Virus record (IMG/VR): IMGVR_UViG_3300044878_000063
Span: 1 to 57,865 of that record
Direction: 5' to 3' (one strand)
DNA from: a virus
Taxonomy: Duplodnaviria; Caudoviricetes
Length of the DNA stretch: 57,865 nt
Shown here: positions 35,771 to 44,200 of the stretch, in pieces
How positions within the stretch are numbered: position 1 is the first letter of the stretch
Layout of the letters: the number at the start of each line of letters is the position of its first letter
Program-made: the position numbers and the translations under genes
The notes under the pieces: model-generated
Told to the model about the DNA's origin: nothing
Seen by the model: the letters and a program-made list of their open reading frames with translations, nothing else
Database searches by the model: none

Positions 35771-35992
35771 CTACTTGTTGTAGCTGATGTCGATGACGGT
35801 TGTATCGTTGGTAAACATGTGGTGTTCTTTTCCGTCGGACAGTTCATACAGCGGGAGGACGATGTTGGACATAGCGGGCTTATCGAATACCTTGACTTCT
35901 CCGCCATTGGCGATGAACAGGGTTCCGATGAGTACGATGGCAACAGCGAGGCTGATGAACAGTGCGTTGAAAAATGCTTCAATAGCTTTCAT
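35771..35992 (-). CDS. Cassette gene, single TM
   Basis: FFNALFISLAVAIVLIGTLFI. Confidence 0.8.
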   Translation of the reverse strand: MKAIEAFFNALFISLAVAIVLIGTLFIANGGEVKVFDKPAMSNIVLPLYELSDGKEHHMFTNDTTVIDISYNK

Positions 35993-36083
35993 GATTATTC
36001 CTTAATTAGATAGGGTCTTCTTCTCATTATATCCCTTGTAAATCATGCGAGAAAAAAGAGGAGGCCTTGTTAGGGCCTCGCTC

Positions 36084-36215
36084 TTAGTATGAGTTTTCGA
36101 TTTCTTTAGTCTCTTTATTGATGGTACGGATCTGGAGGATTGACCAGAGGACTGATGCAGGAAGCGCAAACATAGCGATTCCGGAACAGAACTCTACAAT
36201 CTCGTTGGCGTTCAT
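36084..36215 (-). CDS. Cassette gene, single TM (43 aa)
   Basis: MNANEIVEFCSGIAMFALPASVLWSILQI...; not in ORF track. Confidence 0.7.
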   Translation of the reverse strand: MNANEIVEFCSGIAMFALPASVLWSILQIRTINKETKEIENSY

Positions 36216-36308
36216 AATAAGGGTTCCTTTCAGAGGAGGGGTTCTCATTATAAGGCATGTAAACCGTGCGAAAAACTAGAAGGCCTTGTGGGGCCTCCTA
36301 GCTGAGGT

Positions 36309-36518
36309 TTACTTCTGGTTCCAGATGGTCATGAGAGTATTCTTCTCGAAGGTCAAGATGCCGGTGATCTTGGGGCGAAAGATCGAGTGGAACTGGATGA
36401 GGTATGCGGTACCAATCTTTTCGATTTGGTTAACGCGGTACGTCAAGCCAGCCACTTTGATGCAGTCGTCGATCATCAGGTCTTCGACCTTCGTGTAGTT
36501 CTTCTTATAGCCTTTCAT
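36309..36518 (-). CDS. Cassette gene, small beta-rich protein
   Basis: Promoter + RBS + terminator. Confidence 0.8.
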   Translation of the reverse strand: MKGYKKNYTKVEDLMIDDCIKVAGLTYRVNQIEKIGTAYLIQFHSIFRPKITGILTFEKNTLMTIWNQK

Positions 36519-36705
36519 GGCGTTCCTTTCGTAGGGGTTCTCATTATAGCCCAAGTAGAACTTGCGATTGTTTCACCAGAAATTCCCCCCGCGCTTTTTT
36601 TCGAAAATAAAGGAGGGCATGTAGGCAAAAAAAAGAAGCCGTGCGCAGAGGGTTTAATCTCTACGCACGACTCCCATTTTGAATTGTTTGATTCGGGGGT
36701 TCGTG

Positions 36706-36984
36706 TTAACGAAGGGTCTTAACGAATCCGACTGCTTTCGAGGTGATGACGTGCAACCGTTCGTGATAGATGATCAAACCGATGCCGAGGATGTTGGTGA
36801 TGGCCGGGATGTAGTCGCCCTTGTTAACAGGGTCAGACACTTGCGTGCGCTTGACTTTGTTAATTCGTTCGACTGTCTCGAGGACGTCATTGTATTCCTT
36901 GGTACCGGGTTCGAAATCCAGCAGCTTAGTTGTTGCGAGGTCAAGCACCAGATCGAGTCCGATCAGTTCTTTCTTCTTAAACAT
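36706..36984 (-). CDS. Cassette gene, membrane-associated
   Basis: NILGIGLIIYHER..VITSKA; promoter at 37006. Confidence 0.8.
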   Translation of the reverse strand: MFKKKELIGLDLVLDLATTKLLDFEPGTKEYNDVLETVERINKVKRTQVSDPVNKGDYIPAITNILGIGLIIYHERLHVITSKAVGFVKTLR

Positions 36985-37040
36985 GAGGTCTCCTTTCAAG
37001 AGTCTTCATTATAATGCATGTTTTCCATGCGACAGTTGGT

Positions 37041-37427
37041 TTAGGCTGTCGGGTCAAATCCCTTGAAGGTAACTACCTTCTTGTTAAAGAGATCGTCGAC
37101 CTTGGTGGGATCGAGTTTGAATGTCAACACAGGCTCACCAGCTTTGGGATCACCTGCGACAATCTCTCCATCGAATCCACCTGGAGGTACTTCGGGGTTC
37201 TGCGTGTAACCCTTTCGGGCAAACGACATGATTACACCGAGGAATACGGCAGCGCCTGCAAGTGAACCAGTCACCTGAATGATGTTGTCCCATCCCCAGT
37301 AACCACCCAGCAGTGCATAGAACGCGCCCGCTGCAGGGAGAACCTTTTCGATGAAGAACCGAATAAGGTTGTACTGCTCATCCGTCAGTTGGACGAGTCC
37401 GGAATTTGTTGCCGCATGATCTGCCAT
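37041..37427 (-). CDS. Holin (Dp-1-like)
   Basis: LTDEQYNLIRF..KVLPA.GAFY.LL...WGW; two TMs. Confidence 0.7.
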   Translation of the reverse strand: MADHAATNSGLVQLTDEQYNLIRFFIEKVLPAAGAFYALLGGYWGWDNIIQVTGSLAGAAVFLGVIMSFARKGYTQNPEVPPGGFDGEIVAGDPKAGEPVLTFKLDPTKVDDLFNKKVVTFKGFDPTA

Positions 37428-37428
37428 G

Positions 37429-37731
37429 CTACTCCTCATCTTTGTCATTTTTAACAGGTGCCCCACCTAGTTGGATGACCTGCCGTTCCAGGAGAGCTAC
37501 GTGATACTCCGCTTTTATACGAAGTTTACGTTCCTTCTCCGATTCAGCCTCAGCTTCTGCCTGCTTTTCTTCAGCAGTTTCGGTACGTGTTACGAGACTG
37601 GTGGTTTTCACACGTTCACGCTGTGCAACACCAGTCCATAGTTTTGATACGCCATTGCCAATTAGCACCAGAAAAGCTGCGCCACCTGCCGTCCCCAAGA
37701 AGGTGAAAACCTGCTTTACTGTTTCGTCCAT
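37429..37731 (-). CDS. Single-TM coiled-coil protein, lysis-cassette-like
   Basis: N-terminal TM then charged helix. Confidence 0.7.
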   Translation of the reverse strand: MDETVKQVFTFLGTAGGAAFLVLIGNGVSKLWTGVAQRERVKTTSLVTRTETAEEKQAEAEAESEKERKLRIKAEYHVALLERQVIQLGGAPVKNDKDEE

Positions 37732-37733
37732 GG

Positions 37734-38204
37734 CTATCCCTTTCTAGGCGCTAACAGATAGTCCTTAATGTCCAGCCAGCGCAGAAGGAACATGAGAATG
37801 AGAATGATCGGGACAATTGTAATTGCCACGCTCGCACCGAGAAGAACCAAGGTGGATGAGTACAGGGTAACGCCCGTACCGAGTGCGACAAGACCCGCTC
37901 GTTCAAACATCCATATTCCGGGAAGAACCGAGAGTAAGGCACATACTGCACCCACAATGATGAGACCGCCAAAGAGGTAGATCAAAGTCATCCCTCCAAG
38001 AAGTTCTTCAATTCGTGGGTTTGGTGCAAATGTAGATGCCGTACCAAGTGCGGTAAGCATTGCGTAAATCACGAAATAAATGATTCGCTTAACACGAGGT
38101 TCGGCAATTCGCATGTAGACGTTATAGAGCATCTTGCAAATATGCTTCACTAGACGCAACCGGTACACTGGCTGCACTAGGTACATCTGCAGAAATTTTC
38201 TCAT
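37734..38204 (-). CDS. Four-TM membrane protein, holin-like
   Basis: Four hydrophobic segments, ERAGL; ATGA coupling. Confidence 0.7.
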   Translation of the reverse strand: MRKFLQMYLVQPVYRLRLVKHICKMLYNVYMRIAEPRVKRIIYFVIYAMLTALGTASTFAPNPRIEELLGGMTLIYLFGGLIIVGAVCALLSVLPGIWMFERAGLVALGTGVTLYSSTLVLLGASVAITIVPIILILMFLLRWLDIKDYLLAPRKG

Positions 38205-38992
38205 ATGGATTTTCTCCAAATTCCGTTGACTTTGGAGTATGGCTGAGCTAGCTTCCAAGCTCCATTTTGTTTGACATATGGTACGGCTTCACGCCATTGC
38301 CCCCCACTTTTAACTCGCGCACCGGCGATTGTTCTTCCTGAGATAGGGTTTGAAAATGGGCCCCACCCGATGTCATTTCTGCCTCTAGCCCAGAACCAGT
38401 AGTTCTGTGCCGGAAGGAGTGCACCAATTGTTGATGTACCATTCGACCACAGCGACCATTCGCCACCATTAGGCGTTCGACCATAATGGATTTGCCATTC
38501 TCGAATAGGAGATCCGCCATCGCTATTTCCTGAGAAACGAAAACGCAATGAGGTCTGTGTAGCTTCATCTACGCCAATTGGCGTTGGGGCTTGTGGAACT
38601 GTAGCGGTCTGAATATGCGGAAGTGATCGCCATCCAGAATTTACCGAAGCTGAACCCAAGTTAACTAGGTTTAGACCACCGGCAATGTAGTACTCAGCAT
38701 TACCATCGGCACGATGTGGTACGTTAAACGTGCCTTCTGCGATGAGGAATTCGCCACCATAACGACCGTTCTGGAAGTTGTATTCCATATTGCCGTTAGT
38801 CCAGAGTCGACCAGGGTTTCCGTCAGCCCAACCATTGCTACCCGTGTTACCCCATGCAGAGTGGCCATATGTATTGCCCTTGCGAACAATTATTCGCCAA
38901 TAAACATTTGAGCTTAGTCCGCTGTGACCGGTAAATGCGGCATCGACGTCGAGAGTGTAATTTCCATTACCACTAAATGTTGCTAGAGGCAT
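38201..38992 (-). CDS. Minor tail protein with FN3 domain
   Basis: VPQAP...DGGSPI.EW...YWFWARGRN..GWGPFS. Confidence 0.8.
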   Translation of the reverse strand: MPLATFSGNGNYTLDVDAAFTGHSGLSSNVYWRIIVRKGNTYGHSAWGNTGSNGWADGNPGRLWTNGNMEYNFQNGRYGGEFLIAEGTFNVPHRADGNAEYYIAGGLNLVNLGSASVNSGWRSLPHIQTATVPQAPTPIGVDEATQTSLRFRFSGNSDGGSPIREWQIHYGRTPNGGEWSLWSNGTSTIGALLPAQNYWFWARGRNDIGWGPFSNPISGRTIAGARVKSGGQWREAVPYVKQNGAWKLAQPYSKVNGIWRKSI

Positions 38993-38993
38993 A

Positions 38994-39230
38994 TCAAATC
39001 ACCTTGAAATGGATGTCGCCATCTTCGCCACCGGTAGGATCACCAGTACCAATTGTGATTCCGGTTGCGGCTCTGAATCCGCCTTTTCCAGTAGGTATCA
39101 TCGCAATGACCCTTGCCACATAGTCGCGCGTACGGTTGATCTCTCGAGCACCATATTTGCGTTTGCCTTCTTCACCAGTCTCCGGGACCGTATTGAATCC
39201 AGCAGCCAATGCTTCATCGCCAATAGCCAT
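38994..39230 (-). CDS. Small minor tail protein
   Basis: Position; GTGDPTGGEDGDIHFK. Confidence 0.7.
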   Translation of the reverse strand: MAIGDEALAAGFNTVPETGEEGKRKYGAREINRTRDYVARVIAMIPTGKGGFRAATGITIGTGDPTGGEDGDIHFKVI

Positions 39231-39248
39231 GGGTTAACCTCCTTTCAA

Positions 39249-40412
39249 TTAAGATTCAGCCCAGACTTCTTCTCCGCCACCAGCCCAAGTGTCATTACCC
39301 CAAGAGGACCAGGTCCCAGGCATAATGTAGCTTTCAACGGCTAGAGTCGGATATGAACGATCGCCTTCGCCGTCAGATACGAATATCTGCTCGGTTACGC
39401 GCATCTGGTTGGTCGCACCATCAGAGTTTCGCATTTCTACGAGATCGCCTAGATAGTAGTCGCGACCATATTTGTATTCGGTGTACTGATCAATCTCACC
39501 ATCGAAAGCCGTGATCGGACGGGCTTTAGCAAGCGCATCCAACCCCTTATTCCGCAAGATGGAAGTTAGATTAGCACCAGCAGGTTCATCCACATCATTC
39601 GCATCAACGAACATAACGCGGCGAGCAAAACCAGAAGTTTCTGCCGTAACGTTGTCTGCATACACGATCTCGGAACCAAATTTACTGAAGACGTATGCCA
39701 CATTCTTGTACTCAGTGATTGAGTTCACTTCTGTGGTGTTCTTCATGTTTTCTAGTTCTGGGCTAAATATGACGGGAGATAGACTCGTTTGTTGCGAAGT
39801 TCGATTATCGCCTGAGTAAATGTCGAAATATAACTCGGACTTATCGTAGTTCCGCACTAGACGAAAGCCTAATTCATACTGATCGCAAAGATCTTTGATC
39901 GCGCTGAAGACTGAACTGATTGGAATAGCCGCATTAAAAAGCGTTGCTGTTTCACTAATCGATCCGGGAGTGTAAAGCGATCCAGGTTTGATGAAAGGGA
40001 CAATGTCCGATGCGCTAAGAATACCCTCGACACAAATCTTTTGGAAAATATGACGAGCGATATCCCCAGGCGTTCCCGTGATAACCCAATCGCTGCTATC
40101 ACCAAGACCGGCCATACCTTCAGTAGCCACTCGGTTTTCAAGAATTCGTTCAAGTGAGGGTCCAGTTACTTTGAGAGTCTTTTTACCCTCGCTGTCGTGA
40201 GTATCCTCTACGAACTCTACTTCCATTACTCTGTCCGACTCAGTAATAACGAGCTGTTTGCCAGTTTTCAGAAGACTTCGCATGGCGGGACTTGAGTCGA
40301 CCACTAGTTCGAAGTCGCCCTTGTCCCGCCACCGCTCAGTCCAAATCATGGAGTTGAAAACATCAATTACTGCCGTTCGACGAAGGAGATCGTCAAGGAT
40401 ATAAACTTCCAT
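39249..40412 (-). CDS. Baseplate hub / Pepy6 gp37-like minor tail protein
   Basis: IDVFNSMIWTERW...GDFEL; YGRDYYLGDLV. Confidence 0.82.
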   Translation of the reverse strand: MEVYILDDLLRRTAVIDVFNSMIWTERWRDKGDFELVVDSSPAMRSLLKTGKQLVITESDRVMEVEFVEDTHDSEGKKTLKVTGPSLERILENRVATEGMAGLGDSSDWVITGTPGDIARHIFQKICVEGILSASDIVPFIKPGSLYTPGSISETATLFNAAIPISSVFSAIKDLCDQYELGFRLVRNYDKSELYFDIYSGDNRTSQQTSLSPVIFSPELENMKNTTEVNSITEYKNVAYVFSKFGSEIVYADNVTAETSGFARRVMFVDANDVDEPAGANLTSILRNKGLDALAKARPITAFDGEIDQYTEYKYGRDYYLGDLVEMRNSDGATNQMRVTEQIFVSDGEGDRSYPTLAVESYIMPGTWSSWGNDTWAGGGEEVWAES

Positions 40413-41233
40413 CAGAGCCCTCCATATCGATTGATGTATTCAATTGAATAGCCTATTCCCGCCCCCTCAGCAACTACACTAATGCGGTTTGCTCCGGGGA
40501 AGAGGTTGATCCAGTTCGAATAAGGGGCCATGGCATACAAGATGGAACTCTTGGTCCCGGCTCTCGTTAGCATGACTTCTTTTGAACCGGTAACGGTACT
40601 AATCTCCAACAGGTCTCCAGCGACAAGAGCTTCTTCAAACTCGAAAGAGCTGAGAATGTCGGTTGGAGACCTGTGGAGAATAGTGAAGCCACTAAGGGCT
40701 CGGTTTACCGCCATGCGAAACTTGAAACCAGTTTCGATACTACCCTCATAGTCAATCACCGTTTCGACTGATCCTGGCGTCGTTTGTGACGCTACTGTTG
40801 CAGTTGCTAGATCAATGAAGTCGGGTTTGTGACAGAGGATCGTGAGAGTAACCTCCGGCTCTTCTACAAAGAGAGGCCAGTCGAAAGTCTCAACAATGCC
40901 GACAATATCCACTGCGGGAAAGTCGTCAGAGAAGAACCGGAGGGTAACTTCAGCCTTGGGCATGAGCAGCCCCATCATTTTGCGACGGAGCTGCGACACG
41001 GAACCAAAGATTTGCGAAACATCTACTCCCATTTTGAAGACTAGGTTTCGCGGTTCTCGACGAGAGGATTGGTACTGTTCCCCGTCAACATTTGCAGAAC
41101 TCGATGATACGAGTATTGCTTTGACGGGGTCCAGCCCATCCACACTATCGAAGAAATAACCGTCAGCCCCATCGTACATGGGGATTACCAGCGTATTGCC
41201 GTTTTTGGTAGTGAATTCGACTCTATCCAGCAA
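40412..41233 (-). CDS. Distal tail protein (Dit)
   Basis: Follows tape measure; DGEQY...EPRNL, LFPGAN. Confidence 0.8.
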   Translation of the reverse strand: MLDRVEFTTKNGNTLVIPMYDGADGYFFDSVDGLDPVKAILVSSSSANVDGEQYQSSRREPRNLVFKMGVDVSQIFGSVSQLRRKMMGLLMPKAEVTLRFFSDDFPAVDIVGIVETFDWPLFVEEPEVTLTILCHKPDFIDLATATVASQTTPGSVETVIDYEGSIETGFKFRMAVNRALSGFTILHRSPTDILSSFEFEEALVAGDLLEISTVTGSKEVMLTRAGTKSSILYAMAPYSNWINLFPGANRISVVAEGAGIGYSIEYINRYGGL

Positions 41234-44200
41234 CTGGTGCTCCCTTCCTTACTGTGGAGATGAGGTTCTTGTTCTGCCTGTAGATCTCAGAATTACTAAG
41301 AGCCTTAGGCGATGTGTTGTTTTGGGTGTAGTAGTACGTGTCACCCTGCTTGGAAGTAACCTCTTCCGAGCTTGTGCTGTGCGCAGTCTCACGACGCACA
41401 CGATCTGCTGCTGCGAGTGCTGATGCTTTGTCATAGCTGCCTGCAATTGCCAACGAAGGAGTACCCAGCATCCCATCAATCCGAGCGCCGTCCTTCTTGA
41501 TAGCCGAGAGATCGAGAACTGGACGAATCGTGGGATTCATGTTTACCTCGCTGCTCATAAGGCCATCGATGTTAGACATCGTCTTCTTGAGGGTGCTGAT
41601 GGCAGTCATGCCAACGCCTTGATGAGCGTCGACTACCTTGGCGCCGTACTTCTTGACACCATCTGCCCAGCCCAAGTCTGTGAACTTACCAATAGCGAAG
41701 AACTCTCTTGAAGGAGAGTGAATGCCAAGAATTCGCTTAGCTTCATTCAAAGCATTGTTTGCTACGTTACCGATAGCTCCCAAGACTCGACCGCCCAGGT
41801 TAGCAATACCATTGGCCATACCATCAATGATGGCTCCCGCAAGATCAGCACCGGCATCGGACATACGCTGCGTATTGTTTCGAATCCAAGTAGTGATGCC
41901 CTCTACAAACTTCAGTATAAGGTTACCACCCGAATCGATGATCTTTCCGATATTACGAGCAATGCCATCGATGAATTCGGTGATGATCTTGTATGCCGCA
42001 TCGATAAGCTGACCCATGTTATTACCGATACCCTGTAGGATTCCGATAATAATCTTCATACCCGCATCAACGAACATTGGTACACCTCGAACAACAAGGT
42101 CTACAAGTCCGACGATTACCATCCAGAGAGTTTCCATCAGTTGAGGGAAGACCATCTGAATGGCGGTGAGTAGTGTCGTGATAAGAGCGACAAATGCATT
42201 CAGGAATGTCGGCATTGCGCCACCAATCACATCAGCAAATGCCACGATGCCCTTACCCAACTCAGCCATTGCCATTGGGATAAGCGCAAGGATAGACCCC
42301 ACGATGATAACCATCGCAGGCCCGAGTGCAAGACCAGCAGCCGTCAAGGCAATGAGACCGGCTACAAATGCAGCCATACCAAAGCCTATACCAACTAAAC
42401 CAGCACCAATCAAGACCATGGCAATGCCAAGTGCGATAAGTACGGGTACGACTGGTGCGAGTACCAAGCCTGCAAGACCGAACAGTATGAATATGCCTGC
42501 TAGTGCAGCAAGCCCTACGAGCAATTGCTCCCATGACAAATTGCCAAACATCGTGAGAGCCATTGCCATGAGCACCATTGAAGCTGCGGCGATACCCATA
42601 GCGTATGCGCCAGGAAGAGTGTCTTCCATGAGAATAAGCGCAATTGACAATATGAGTAGAGATCCCGCAAGAACCGTCATGGCCTTCGCGATATCTTCCC
42701 AACTCATCTCTGCGAAATCCTTCAGCGCTGAGCCCAGGATCTTCAAAGCTCCTGCAACCACGACGAAGCCGAGTGCACTAGTAAATATGTTCTTGGGCGT
42801 ACGCTCAAGAGCTTCACTAATGGCTTTCAGCGCTACCGCCATGACCAAAAGGCCCTTCGCAATGCTTTCCCACTCCATTGATCCGAAGTCGCCCATAGCA
42901 CTAGCGATGACCTTCATAGAAATACCGAGAATCAGCATTGCCGCAGCCGTCTGGATGATATTCTTGGCATCACCGACGTTCTTGGTGAAGTTTTCAAGAA
43001 TCAACAGCACAACACCCAAGGCTAGAATGCCCTTGAGAATTGTGTTGATATCGAGAGATCCAAAGTCACTCACAGCACTCGACAGAATCTTGATACCGAT
43101 AGCGATGGCTACGATACCAATGCCTGTAGCGATAAGATCCGCCGGGTTCTTAGACATTGAATCCACAGTTTTCGACAGAGCGAATAGAACTACGGAAACC
43201 CCACCAAGACCCTTAACCAGAGACCCGAGATCAAGTGCACCCATAACGGTTACTGCATCTGCAAGAATACGAACTGCAACTGCAATAGCCATCAACCCAA
43301 CGCCAGTGGCGATGAGGTCGGCAGGGTTCTTTGCCATACTTTCGACAGTCTTAGAAAGCACTGCCAACAGCACGGCTACTCCTGCAAGACCCTTTAGCAA
43401 CTCATTCCAGCTAAGCCTCGAGAGGATTACTACTGGAATAGTGAGAAGTGCCAACGCAATAGCCAAGAGGATCATAGATGCCGCAATCACTGGGATCTTC
43501 AAGAACCCAGAGCTCATCGTGATCTTATCCAGAGCTTCCATCGCTTTAGTGAGGATGACTACCATCACACCAATAGCAACGAGAGCCTTAGTAAGCTTGC
43601 CCGAATCAATGAGCGATAGCGCAATTACTGAAATCGCCAAGATGCCAATTGCGATAGCGATTTTCATCAGGGTGTCAGCCTTCAGGTTTTGCTGCATGGC
43701 TTCAAGAGTTCCTTGAACACCTTCCAGAACACCATTAATGCTTTCAACCGATGTCGTCAACTTCTCCAGAAGAGCATCTTTTACACCATCGCCCATTCCC
43801 AACATCTTCTTGAACGTACTCTTGAATAGGAGAACCAGACCTGCAAGCAAGCCTGTATTGACCATGTCGAGAGTGTCATCATAGTTGACATCTGCGAATA
43901 CGCCCTTGAGCTTCTCACCGAGATCTCTGAACAAGTCAGAAACTGCAGTTCGAAGAGGCAGCAACTTATCCCACATGCGACTCATCGCTGCGGCTACTTG
44001 GTCCCATGCGTCGGCAAGTCGACCAGCGAAACGCTTAATCGATTCGATACGCTCGGTGATTCGGCTGAATACTACTTCGCCAATGTTGCCCATCGTAGTA
44101 AGGCTAGCCCTGAATGAAGCTATCGCAGCTTCCAGGCCACCCTTCATGAAGGCTTGTGCTGCATCACGGAATGCCACGCTAAGATCGCCAAGGTACCGCA

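Larger units (their letters stand above)
30979..36305 (-). terminator. Repeated intrinsic terminators with conserved loop (CCCACAAG/CCTAACAAG on -) between cassettes
   Basis: e.g. 31631-31660 = 33171-33200 (AAAACTAGAAGACCTTGTGGGGTCTTCTAG on +); U-tract abuts the next promoter's TCGC. Confidence 0.8.
28897..37032 (-). promoter_or_regulatory. 25 copies of a 27-bp promoter, approx. TCGC-N7-ACATG-N3-TATA(A/G)TGA
   Basis: Copies begin (+ coordinates) at 28897, 30269, 30564, 30721, 30952, 31271, 31605, 31934, 32212, 32465, 32787, 33143, 33362, 33658, 33949, 34277, 34560, 34886, 35200, 35408, 35709, 36024, 36245, 36541, 37006. Confidence 0.88.

Noticed and set aside
28897-37032. CRISPR array or integron
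   Set aside because: Repeats are degenerate promoters and terminators, spacers are mostly 100-300-nt RBS-led ORFs, and there is no cas operon or integrase
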